Counted from the stretch's first letter, positions 18,267 through 27,124 are shown. The stretch is DNA of 64,000 nucleotides from Candidatus Saccharimonadia bacterium (GCA_023257145.1 JALRDA010000131.1:4451-68450); one strand, 5' to 3'. A program made the numbers and translations. The notes: generated by a model from the letters alone, not told the origin.

Positions 18267-18866
18267 ATGTCACCAGAACAACTTCGTCCACGGCAAAATG
18301 AACGCCTCTTCGCTAAAGGTAAGCTCTTTGAATTAGTTCATATTGAGCAGCCAGATGGTAGGGTGTTTGAAGTGGCGCGACGCGCACCCGGCGTACGTTT
18401 GATTATTGCAGATCAAGACGCGAAAAAAGTGCTTTTGACCAGAGAGTTTAGGCGTGAATTAGGTGAGCAGGGCGAGTGGGACTACCGATTACCGGGTGGA
18501 AAGGTGTTTGATAGTCTTGAGGAATATGAATCATTTCGTGAAACAGGACATGATATAGCAGATGCTGCCAAACATAAGGCGCTCGCAGAATCGGTTGAAG
18601 AAGCGGGTATTCAATTAAATTCGCTATCAGAATTTAAAAAATCTAACCTTGGTGCAACTGTTGAGTGGGATTTATTCGTTTTTGAATCTAAAGATTGGCG
18701 GCGACATGAGGCGGGTCAGCAACTAGAATCTGGCGAGCAGATTGAGGCGGAAAATTGGTTTACTTACGATGAAGCTACGGAAATGGCTCTTGGTGGCAAC
18801 ATGAAAGAAGAGCGTATAGCCTTAATTTTATTGCAGTGGATTCGTACGCAAAAGGAGGAGCAGTAA
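18267..18866 (+). CDS. Nudix hydrolase with an interrupted Nudix box
   Basis: The sequence LPGGKV...(about 25-aa insert)...ALAESVEEAGI matches the G.....E.......REU.EE.GU signature with R replaced by A. SD aaagg lies upstream. Confidence 0.65.
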   Translation: MSPEQLRPRQNERLFAKGKLFELVHIEQPDGRVFEVARRAPGVRLIIADQDAKKVLLTREFRRELGEQGEWDYRLPGGKVFDSLEEYESFRETGHDIADAAKHKALAESVEEAGIQLNSLSEFKKSNLGATVEWDLFVFESKDWRRHEAGQQLESGEQIEAENWFTYDEATEMALGGNMKEERIALILLQWIRTQKEEQ

Positions 18867-18868
18867 TT

Positions 18869-21727
18869 ATGAAATTTAAAGCCAACAGCCGTCGACGCGC
18901 GCTCGAATATGAAAAAGATATCGTCGCACAGTGGAAGAGAAACAAGACATTTGAAAAGTCGGTTGAAATGCGACCGAAAGATAATTCCTATGTCTTTTAT
19001 GATGGCCCTCCGTTTATTTCCGGCGTGCCACACCATGGGACACTTTTAAGCTCAATTGTTAAAGACGTCGTGCCTCGTTATCAGACGATGAAAGGCAAGC
19101 GTGTCGAGCGTGTTTGGGGTTGGGACTGCCATGGGCTACCCGCTGAACGCTATACCGAAAAGAAGCTTGGTATTAATTCACGCGAAGAAGTAATTAATTA
19201 CGGCATTGAGAAATATATCATCGCCTGTCGCGAAAATATGGTGCAAACCAGTAGTCTATGGGAAGACACAATTGACCGAATTGGCCGCTGGGTAGACTTT
19301 AAGGGTGCCTATAAAACCATGGACAAGGAATACATGGAAAGTGTTTGGTGGGCATTCAAGAATCTTTACGAAAAGGGCAAGATCTACGAAGGCGAAAAAG
19401 TACTCATGTACTGTACGCTCGATGCGACACCACTTTCAAAGGCCGAGGTGACGATGGACGCCGGTGCGTACCAGGATGTAACTGACCCAAGTGTGTATGT
19501 GAAGTTTAAATTAACAAGTGGCGCAACACTACTGGCTTGGACGACAACGCCGTGGACGCTGCCGTCAAATACAGCGATTGCTGTGAACAAAGAAATTGAT
19601 TACGTTGAAGTTAAAGTGAACGGTGAACAACTAATTATCGCGAATGAATTAGTTCAAAAAGTTTTGACTGATCAAAAACATCAACCGCTAGACTACGAAA
19701 TTGTGCGTAGTCTAAAAGGTGAAGAGCTGATTGGGGAATCATACGAACCGCTACTAGGTGTCGATCGCGGTGAAAATGCACACAAGGTTTGGCATGCAGA
19801 CTACGTGAGTGTCGAAGACGGTACCGGAATTGTTCATATCGCACCGACGTACGGTGAAGAAGACTTTGCGATGGCGAAGAAAAATAAAATTCCAGTTGTC
19901 CATACGATAGACGCCAATGGCTTATTTACCGAAAGTGACTGGAAAGGCCAAAATGTCTGGGAGATCAACAAGCAAATTGCAAAAGATCTTCATGAGCGAG
20001 GAATTGTGTGGAAGATCGACTATATCCGTCACAGCTACCCACATTGTCACCGCTGCGGCACTAAGCTAATGTACCGTGCACATCCTAGCTGGTTTATGGA
20101 CATCGACGCGCAGCGTGAAACAATGCTGGAAAAGAACGGCAATGTTAATTGGTTCCCAGAACATGTTAAGAATGGTCGCTTTGCAAAAACAATTGAACAA
20201 GCGCCGGATTGGAACCTATCACGAGATCGCTTCTGGGCAACAGCGATGCCAGTTTGGAAGGGTACTGATAAAGACGGGGACACGCATATAAAAGTCGTCG
20301 GTAGCTACGCGGAATTGAAAGAACTAAGCGGTGTCGAACTCGACGATTATCACCGTCCATGGGTCGATGACATCACATTCGAAATTGATGGCGTCACGTA
20401 TAGCCGCATCGACAAGGTGATGGATAGTTGGTTTGAGGCTGGTAGTATGCCATTTGCACAGTTCCATTATCCATTTGAAAACAAGCAGAAGTTTGAAGCG
20501 AATTTCCCCGGTGATTTCATCGTGGAATATATCGGACAGGTTCGTGCATGGTTCTACTACATGCACTCGATGAGCGTTGCCTTGTTTGGTGAAAATTCAT
20601 TTAAAAATGTTATCGTAACCGGTAACGTTGCCGGTAATGATGGCCGCAAGATGAGTAAAAGCTACGGCAACTACACCGACCCGAATGTTTTGATGGATCA
20701 GTATTCTGCCGACAGTCTACGCTTCCTATTGCTGCAAAGTCCGTTGCTAAACGGTGAGGATTTCGCCTTGCAAGATAAAGAAGTGGGTGATGTTGCACGC
20801 AAGCTTTCCATGATCTGGAATATGTACGATTTCTTTACGATGTATGCAGAAGTTGATGGTTGGGAGTTTAATGGCGATTTATCTGATCCATCTGATCATT
20901 TAGAAAATCCGCTCGACCAGTGGATTGTCAGTCGCGTCCATCAATTAACGGCCGAGATTGAAAAACACTTGGATGCCTATGATATTCCGAATGCCGTAAA
21001 GCCAATCTTGCCATTTATCGAAGATGCTAGTAACTGGTATGTGCGCCGTAGTCGACGTCGCTTCTGGAAGTCTGACGAAATCGAAGATAAGGATAATGCC
21101 TATCGGACATTGCACTATGTTCTTGTTCAGCTTGCGCAGGTGATCGCACCGTTTACGCCGTTCCTCGCCGAAGAGCTCTACCAAAAATTAACAGGTGGTG
21201 AAAGTGTTCATTTGCTTGACTGGCCAAAGGTTGGCCACGTGAATGAACTGGTGATCAAGGACATGGAGACGGTTCGTGAATACGTGAACGAGGGGCTAAG
21301 TATTCGTGCTAAGGAGCGCCAAAAGGTTCGTCAGCCACTTGCAAGTGTCACCATTCCAACATTTGGTGAGTTTGTGAACTTCGAAGATATCCTGACGGAA
21401 GAACTGAATGTCAAAAAAGTTATTCAAGGTAAAGAATTGGCATTAGATCTAGCGCTAACCCCAGAACTCAAGCGCGAAGGGTTGATGCGCGAAGTGATTC
21501 GCCATATCCAAAGCGCGCGAAAGGCGGCTGGATTGAATGTCGATGATCGCATTACTGTCGGACTATCAACTGATGATGATGACTTGAAGCGGGCCATCGA
21601 CGAACATCGCAATACCATCAGTGCCGAGGTTCTGGCGGATGACCTGGGCAGTGATATGCGGGAATTGTACCAAAGTGCTGCAAAAGTTGAAGGTGTGATG
21701 CTGGATATTTCGATCGATAAAGCCTAG
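18869..21727 (+). CDS. ileS: Isoleucine--tRNA ligase
   Basis: The class I HIGH-type motif PHHGT and the KMSKS motif are present, along with WDCHGLP. SD aaggagg sits before ATG 18869, 2 nt after the nudix stop. Confidence 0.95.
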   Translation: MKFKANSRRRALEYEKDIVAQWKRNKTFEKSVEMRPKDNSYVFYDGPPFISGVPHHGTLLSSIVKDVVPRYQTMKGKRVERVWGWDCHGLPAERYTEKKLGINSREEVINYGIEKYIIACRENMVQTSSLWEDTIDRIGRWVDFKGAYKTMDKEYMESVWWAFKNLYEKGKIYEGEKVLMYCTLDATPLSKAEVTMDAGAYQDVTDPSVYVKFKLTSGATLLAWTTTPWTLPSNTAIAVNKEIDYVEVKVNGEQLIIANELVQKVLTDQKHQPLDYEIVRSLKGEELIGESYEPLLGVDRGENAHKVWHADYVSVEDGTGIVHIAPTYGEEDFAMAKKNKIPVVHTIDANGLFTESDWKGQNVWEINKQIAKDLHERGIVWKIDYIRHSYPHCHRCGTKLMYRAHPSWFMDIDAQRETMLEKNGNVNWFPEHVKNGRFAKTIEQAPDWNLSRDRFWATAMPVWKGTDKDGDTHIKVVGSYAELKELSGVELDDYHRPWVDDITFEIDGVTYSRIDKVMDSWFEAGSMPFAQFHYPFENKQKFEANFPGDFIVEYIGQVRAWFYYMHSMSVALFGENSFKNVIVTGNVAGNDGRKMSKSYGNYTDPNVLMDQYSADSLRFLLLQSPLLNGEDFALQDKEVGDVARKLSMIWNMYDFFTMYAEVDGWEFNGDLSDPSDHLENPLDQWIVSRVHQLTAEIEKHLDAYDIPNAVKPILPFIEDASNWYVRRSRRRFWKSDEIEDKDNAYRTLHYVLVQLAQVIAPFTPFLAEELYQKLTGGESVHLLDWPKVGHVNELVIKDMETVREYVNEGLSIRAKERQKVRQPLASVTIPTFGEFVNFEDILTEELNVKKVIQGKELALDLALTPELKREGLMREVIRHIQSARKAAGLNVDDRITVGLSTDDDDLKRAIDEHRNTISAEVLADDLGSDMRELYQSAAKVEGVMLDISIDKA

Positions 21728-21747
21728 GCACTAAAATAGCCTGCTCA

Positions 21748-21780
21748 AGCGCCTCGGAGTGATCCGGGGTGCTTTATTGT
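21748..21780 (+). terminator. Intrinsic terminator after ileS
   Basis: An 11-bp stem agcgcctcgga/tccggggtgct (two G-U pairs) with a GTGA loop is followed by ttattgtt. Confidence 0.6.
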
Positions 21781-21846
21781 TGGTCTGACATCAAAGATTA
21801 CGCTTGTGTGTAGCCATAAGCGTTATTGACTTTTTTATAAAAAGTG

Positions 21847-21875
21847 TTGACATATGTTTTATAATTATGTATGAT
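21847..21875 (+). promoter_or_regulatory. Putative sigma-70 promoter of the TasA-like cassette
   Basis: TTGACA (21847-52), a 17-nt spacer, then TATGAT (21870-75), in an AT-rich spacer about 110 nt upstream of the ATG. Confidence 0.55.
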
Positions 21876-21983
21876 TACCGATGTGTCTTATGAAAGTCAT
21901 AAGTAACAACCCAGATGTTTTGGGGTAGCAATGTAATTTTCAGACCTTCTATTGTGGCGATTGTCACAAGAAAGGGGACAATT

Positions 21984-22520
21984 ATGTCCTCCAACATTAA
22001 CAACACACGCAAAAAGCGGATCCTCGGATCGGCTGCAGCCATCGCGGGTCTCGGCATTGCGGTGGCGGCGTTCAGCCCAATTGCCGGCGCCAACTTCAGT
22101 GACTCGAAGACCGGTCGCATCGACGCGACCGCCTCGACGCTGACCATCGGCTTGTCGGACGACAAGAACAACGTCAACACGTTCGATCTCGACTACGACA
22201 ACCTGACGCCGGGGCAGCCCATGTCCAGGACCATCTACGTCAAGAACAACGGCAGCATCCCGGCAGCGACCAAGGTCGGCTACCCTCTCACAGAGGGGGT
22301 GACGCCGGTCGGTGTCAATCTGGACGAGCTCAAGGTTGGTGTGAACGGTACGCAGGACATGGTTCCCGCATCGCAGTTCAATACCATCAACCTCGGAGTG
22401 CTTCAACCCGGCGAGACCAAATCGGTCAACCTGACGATGCTGCTCCAGACCAACGACAACAACTGGCAGGGCAAAACCTTTGGGGCAACCCTCACGGTCA
22501 CCGGCGAGCAAGTCGGCTGA
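21984..22520 (+). CDS. TasA/camelysin (peptidase M73) family secreted fibre-type protein with a SipW-cognate signal peptide
   Basis: The signal peptide is KKRILGSAAAIAGLGIAVAAFSPIAGA/NFSD (compare TasA ..WAAFND). Motifs A.TLT.GL, NLTPGQ, VKNNGSI and the C-terminal NNWQGKTFGATLTVTGEQ parallel TasA motifs. SD aagggga sits before ATG 21984. Confidence 0.78.
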   Translation: MSSNINNTRKKRILGSAAAIAGLGIAVAAFSPIAGANFSDSKTGRIDATASTLTIGLSDDKNNVNTFDLDYDNLTPGQPMSRTIYVKNNGSIPAATKVGYPLTEGVTPVGVNLDELKVGVNGTQDMVPASQFNTINLGVLQPGETKSVNLTMLLQTNDNNWQGKTFGATLTVTGEQVG

Positions 22521-22537
22521 CGCAGGATCTTGCGCTA

Positions 22538-22582
22538 GCAGTGGACACTCTCTTCCTTTTTTGGAAGGTGAGTGTCCACTGC
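22538..22582. terminator. Long perfect stem-loop without a U-tail after the TasA-like gene
   Basis: The arms gcagtggacactc..cttcc / ggaag..gagtgtccactgc pair for about 19 bp around a tttttt loop. The sequence after it is gacacaaaa. Confidence 0.45.
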
Positions 22583-22680
22583 GACACAAAATTTACTATT
22601 GAAATGATCGTAAGGTTCCGAACGTATTCTGAATCTTACGCACACGTCCATAGACAATCCAATATATGTTAGGAGTGGTG

Positions 22681-23103
22681 ATGAAGTACCGCCGGTATGT
22701 GCTGATCTCAGCAGGAATATTGACCGCCGGTTTGATTGCTACAAGCCCGGTTGCTAATGCGGCATGGCAAGACAGCCGTCACGGCAATGTCTCGGTTACA
22801 GTAAAAATGAACGAGATACCAAGTATTAACGTAGTGAGGCCGACTTCGCCGAATAGCGAACCTCAGCCCATTAGCACGGTACCAGTAATGGCGCCTATTG
22901 CTCCAGTAGTGACAACAAAATCCACATCTGGTCCTGCGCCCACTTCGGACGCACCCGCGCTTCCGAAGGAGCAAACAATTGACCCAGCATCCACTACGAA
23001 AGAATCGCCGACAGCGCAATCCGGCGCAGAGCCTGAGGCTTCAACCACAGCAACTTCGCCAGCCGGAGTTGCAGCCGAAGAAACAAAGAAGGTCGGTCCT
23101 TAG
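22681..23103 (+). CDS. Secreted Pro/Thr/Ala-rich protein with a SipW-type signal peptide
   Basis: SD aggag sits before ATG 22681. The signal is KYRRYVLISAGILTAGLIATSPVANA/AWQD (the A-[FW]-x-D junction as in TasA), followed by a low-complexity P/T/A/S tail. Confidence 0.6.
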   Translation: MKYRRYVLISAGILTAGLIATSPVANAAWQDSRHGNVSVTVKMNEIPSINVVRPTSPNSEPQPISTVPVMAPIAPVVTTKSTSGPAPTSDAPALPKEQTIDPASTTKESPTAQSGAEPEASTTATSPAGVAAEETKKVGP

Positions 23104-23590
23104 GGCTGTATCTGCCTGCGTTATATCTGTTATGATTTTACTTGTCGCTGCGGCCGTATTTGCTACCGGAGTAAAATCGTTCCGTATCGGATCGGGTTCC
23201 ATGGAGCCTACCATCCCCGTTGGCTCACTCGTTATTGCAACGCCTGCACCTGACGTCAAAGTCGGAGATGTCATTCTTTTTCCCGGCAATCACGGTACTC
23301 TAACCGTCCACCGCTATATCGGTGATGCGGATGACGGTAGTGTGCAAACGCAAGGCGATGCGAATGCGACACCTGATATTCATGAGCACCCGCTTCAAAA
23401 GAGCGAAGTCATGGGAAAAGTTGTCATGCAGATGACACTGCTGAGTCCATCAGTGTGGATGAGCATTCGCGGCCTCGTTATCGCGCTGATGATTATAGTA
23501 ATCATTGCGTGCTGTATTATGTGGCCAAAAAGTGACGGCGAGGATTTGTCGAAAAACCCAAAAGTGGAAGACCACGCTCTGACACATTAA
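22979..23590 (+). CDS. SipW-type (archaeal/ER-type) signal peptidase I; start uncertain
   Basis: Motifs GSGSMEPTIPVGSLV, GDVILF, HRYIG, TQGDANATPD and V.GKV are present, with a C-terminal TM helix. ATG 22979 would overlap the previous ORF by 125 nt. The alternatives are TTG 23069 or ATG 23132. Confidence 0.78.
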   Translation: MTQHPLRKNRRQRNPAQSLRLQPQQLRQPELQPKKQRRSVLRAVSACVISVMILLVAAAVFATGVKSFRIGSGSMEPTIPVGSLVIATPAPDVKVGDVILFPGNHGTLTVHRYIGDADDGSVQTQGDANATPDIHEHPLQKSEVMGKVVMQMTLLSPSVWMSIRGLVIALMIIVIIACCIMWPKSDGEDLSKNPKVEDHALTH

Positions 23591-23725
23591 CCCCGACCGA
23601 CTTTTCGGTCAGCGTTCCGAGCATTGCTCCGCTGACGAAACGTCGGCGGGGTATTTGCTTTCCGAACTATTGTATATGCTTGTGCTTGGGAGTATAAATG
23701 AGCGTATAAACAGGAAAACAGACAT

Positions 23726-24478
23726 ATGCAGCCAATCATCGGGATTACAATGTGCTTTGACGGTAGTGATATGATCAAGCCAGGTGTCGAATATAACTAT
23801 GTGCGAAGAGAGTATGGTGCTGCGGTCCAAAAAGCGGGCGGTCAGCCCGTCTTTCTTGATCCAAGTCTTGATCCGCTGGTTGCGGCAAGATTATGCGACG
23901 GTATTGTGATTAGTGGCGGGGAAGACATCGACCCGACACTTTACGGGCAGCTGATTAATGGTGCGCGTCAGCAGGAGCCACGAACGAGGACTGATTGGGA
24001 GCGACGACTTATTGATGCTTGTGACGAATGGAGCCGTCCAATACTCGGTATTTGTTACGGCGAACAGCTATTGAATGTGCACTACGGCGGTACATTGTAC
24101 CAAGATATTGCATCGGATCTACAGAGCCAAGTTGACCACGGCACGAGTGTAGCTGCTGCATATCATGAAATTGTATTCGAACAGGATTTTCTGGGGTATA
24201 GTAGTGGTGATTCGGTGACCGTTGCTGCGCGACATCACCAAGCGGTTCGAGACTTAGCACCGGGATTTGTTGTGACGGCGCGCTCAAGTGACGGCAGTGT
24301 CGAGGCGATTGCCGGGCGTGGGCATGTCGGCGTGCAGTGGCACGCTGAATCGGATCAGACTGCCGAAAAAATTTACGAAGAATTTATCAAGCATTGTCAA
24401 GCGCGTGCGGCTAGTGTAGCAAGTGTTCGTTCGCAGCTTATCAAAATCCCAAAATTTCTCTCTCGATTCAGCAGATAG
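23726..24478 (+). CDS. Class I glutamine amidotransferase, gamma-glutamyl-GABA hydrolase (peptidase C26) family
   Basis: Motifs IIGIT, ISGGEDIDP.LYG, the nucleophile GICYGEQ, HHQAV and GVQWHAE are present. Confidence 0.85.
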   Translation: MQPIIGITMCFDGSDMIKPGVEYNYVRREYGAAVQKAGGQPVFLDPSLDPLVAARLCDGIVISGGEDIDPTLYGQLINGARQQEPRTRTDWERRLIDACDEWSRPILGICYGEQLLNVHYGGTLYQDIASDLQSQVDHGTSVAAAYHEIVFEQDFLGYSSGDSVTVAARHHQAVRDLAPGFVVTARSSDGSVEAIAGRGHVGVQWHAESDQTAEKIYEEFIKHCQARAASVASVRSQLIKIPKFLSRFSR

Positions 24479-24535
24479 TCTGTTATCAGTAAATTTGGGT
24501 CTTGCAATTGCATTCTGTGGTCGCCAATATAAAGA

Positions 24536-25699
24536 GTGATGATTCCAGACATATCTTCCTTAAAGCATAGCTTCTATAACGGTGCGATTAAAACCCGCAT
24601 TCAATTAATTTGGATGCAGGATTGGGCAATGAAGATCGCCTTGTGGTTGACACTGTTCGTAAATCTATCCGGTGCAACCCTTTTTCTGATAGCATATTTG
24701 GTTGTCGAAGACAGGTCACAGATTTTGTCGCGCACCGATTCGCTAATCGTCTTAGCAGCTGCGCTATTTCCCTTTGCTATGTTCTATTTCGCGGCAGTCT
24801 ATAGTATGGGGCTACTAATTTACCGTCATCGGGTGAGGTGGGCTGTTCGCCGTCAAGCGACAATCGTACCTCAGTATGACCTGTCGCTAAGCCCACTCGA
24901 GGCGGCAGCGCTAATCGGGCATGCTGGGTACATGACCGAAGCATGGCATTTGCTGTATAGGCTAGTGCAGACCGGTAATGTAGCGGTGATTGAAAGCGCA
25001 GATGGGACAGGTGAGTTGAAGAGGATTGCCACAGATGCATCAGCTGCGCGTCTTAAATGGTATGAGCGTCTAGTGCTTGATGATATTTTTATCGTGAAAG
25101 AACAGTACGAGCAGCGACTCCAAAAGAGTATGAATCCAGCGCGTTTAGCGGCACTGACTGGTTTGCATTACGATAAGAATCTGCCGCTTTCATCAGTACG
25201 TGATCGCATGGGGGAGGCGTACCTATCGCATTTAAACAGCTTGATCCGCACCAGGCTCATTAATGATGGGTTTTTCCGTCAGCTGGGGGTAGTCGGTGTG
25301 TGGCTGCAGACATTACTTTACGTCATGATGCTGACATTGCCGTTTTTTAGTTTCCTGTTCTCGTACATTATGATTGATACCATTCCTTGGCAGGGTGCAT
25401 CGCTTCAATTTTCGGTCCCGATGACGGCAATGATCATAGCGGGGTATGCGCTGGGGATCGTCGTTTGCATGATGTGGTTTTTAAGCACAAATATTTACAC
25501 CAGGTTTGGTTTTGGCAAATACGTCGAGGCTGAGGGCCTGCGGTTATATATTGACGCTGCGATGAAAGACAGGCTGCGTAGTGGAGCTGTCAGCAGTAAA
25601 GAGATGGCGTATTTTATGCCATATGCCCAGATGATGGGATTAGTTGATGGAGATGAGGAGAGGGAGCGGGCCGTCCTTGTCGCACTTGGCAAGAGATAG
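24536..25699 (+). CDS. Hypothetical polytopic membrane protein
   Basis: Several hydrophobic helices lie at both ends with a soluble middle domain. I recognise no family motif. Confidence 0.5.
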   Translation: MMIPDISSLKHSFYNGAIKTRIQLIWMQDWAMKIALWLTLFVNLSGATLFLIAYLVVEDRSQILSRTDSLIVLAAALFPFAMFYFAAVYSMGLLIYRHRVRWAVRRQATIVPQYDLSLSPLEAAALIGHAGYMTEAWHLLYRLVQTGNVAVIESADGTGELKRIATDASAARLKWYERLVLDDIFIVKEQYEQRLQKSMNPARLAALTGLHYDKNLPLSSVRDRMGEAYLSHLNSLIRTRLINDGFFRQLGVVGVWLQTLLYVMMLTLPFFSFLFSYIMIDTIPWQGASLQFSVPMTAMIIAGYALGIVVCMMWFLSTNIYTRFGFGKYVEAEGLRLYIDAAMKDRLRSGAVSSKEMAYFMPYAQMMGLVDGDEERERAVLVALGKR

Positions 25700-25773
25700 C
25701 AATATGTTGACATTTTATTAAACTTATGCTAACATAGTATTATAAACCAATAAAAATAAACAGAATTACATTT

Positions 25774-25980
25774 ATGTCACTATTTCATCCACATTTAACG
25801 CATCACGTCGGTTTTAAGCCGATCGATCCATTAGGCGATGGGCTACGCGAAGATATTTTGGCCGAGCAGGCTGAACCTGACCGTATTGTATTAGAGCTTC
25901 GTCCAGATGAGAATGAGATGCTTAAGTATCTTAAGGTTCTGACTGAAGATAGCGATAGAATCGATTTTTCTGAAAGCTAG
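25774..25980 (+). CDS. Small acidic hypothetical protein (68 aa)
   Basis: The ORF is preceded by an AT-rich promoter-like region (TTGACA at 25707, 17 nt, TAACAT). Confidence 0.35.
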   Translation: MSLFHPHLTHHVGFKPIDPLGDGLREDILAEQAEPDRIVLELRPDENEMLKYLKVLTEDSDRIDFSES

Positions 25981-26019
25981 ATATTACTATATATTCTATA
26001 GTACAATAGCATAACTATT

Positions 26020-26403
26020 ATGATGCAGCTGACCGATGATCAATTTGACCAACTTATTTCCAATGCGATGGATGAACTGCCACAAGAATATATTCGTGGG
26101 CTAGAGAATGTCGTCATTGTTCAGGCTGATGATCCGACACCGGAACAACTTGAAAAGATGAAGGTAGATCCGCATCATGTTTTACTAGGCCTGTACGAAG
26201 GTACTCCATTAACGCAGCGCGGCAGTGGATTTTCGGGCATGCTACCTGACAAAATTACTTTATTCAAGCATCCAATCCTTGCAGTGGTGTCAAATGACGA
26301 CGAACTACGCGAGCAGATTAAACGGACGCTTTGGCATGAAATCGCTCACTACTACGGCCTCAATCACAGCCATATTGATAAATTGCAAGCCAGTAGCGAA
26401 TAA
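26020..26403 (+). CDS. Minimal zincin-like metallopeptidase family protein
   Basis: The HExxH motif LWHEIAHYYGL near the C-terminus, and the size and layout, fit the Zincin_1/DUF1025-type family. Confidence 0.75.
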   Translation: MMQLTDDQFDQLISNAMDELPQEYIRGLENVVIVQADDPTPEQLEKMKVDPHHVLLGLYEGTPLTQRGSGFSGMLPDKITLFKHPILAVVSNDDELREQIKRTLWHEIAHYYGLNHSHIDKLQASSE

Positions 26404-26464
26404 AACCCTTATGGTATAATTGACTCACTAAACCCACGAAATATGGGTATGAGTGAGGGAAGTG

Positions 26465-27055
26465 ATGAGACGATATGGTCTTGACGGGACATTACTACTG
26501 ATTCAGTCGAGCTTACTTATTTTTTCGTGTGCTTTGATTGCCTTGCTTCTTCCGGCGGCGGCAGTTCATGGACTATCGGTCGGACCACTAGTGGATAAGG
26601 TGCTGGATGCGACGAAACTGATCGAACCGTCACGTCCAGGCTTGAATGAAAATAAAAATAATAACCAATCATCAGCTACTGATTCACGACCACCCGCTAT
26701 GGCAACCCCTGCCGAGCAGAGCGCCGACTACTCTGCGCCGGTAGTGTCCGAGCGGCAATTCCAGCAAAATACACTGAAGCAGCTATCTACTGTCGAGCCG
26801 ATTGAGGCGTTCAGCAGTGAGCGCAGCCTTACGCGCATCGCATATGTCGATTCTACTACAAAGAACTCGGCGTCAACTTTCGAGCCTATTTCGCAAACGT
26901 CCGCGCCATTGCAAGTATCTAATCATGGCTGGAAGGTGTTTGGCGTGACTTGGTATTGGTGGTTAAGTGGAGTAGCTGGAGTTTGGTATAGTATTCGCTG
27001 GGTGGGTAGTGTAGGGTGGCGCCGACGGGCTAATAAAGATTTGTTAGCCAGCTAA
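26465..27055 (+). CDS. Hypothetical secreted/anchored protein with a C-terminal WYWW-TM-RRR tail
   Basis: It has an N-terminal hydrophobic signal/anchor, a Ser/Pro/Ala-rich middle and the C-terminus GVTWYWWLSGVAGVWYSIRWVGSVGWRRR. Confidence 0.55.
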   Translation: MRRYGLDGTLLLIQSSLLIFSCALIALLLPAAAVHGLSVGPLVDKVLDATKLIEPSRPGLNENKNNNQSSATDSRPPAMATPAEQSADYSAPVVSERQFQQNTLKQLSTVEPIEAFSSERSLTRIAYVDSTTKNSASTFEPISQTSAPLQVSNHGWKVFGVTWYWWLSGVAGVWYSIRWVGSVGWRRRANKDLLAS

Positions 27056-27124
27056 ATTTGAGTGTGGTATAGTAGGCGCAAAGTAATACTGCATGTGGAG
27101 TGCGGGAAAGCGAGACAATTCAAT

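Noticed and set aside
21897-22589. A 230-aa minus-strand ORF covering the whole TasA-like gene.
   Set aside because: It is Arg/Gly/Val-rich with no start context. It lies exactly antisense to a high-GC gene with strong third-position GC, and such shadow ORFs are expected there. The + strand product has clear family motifs.
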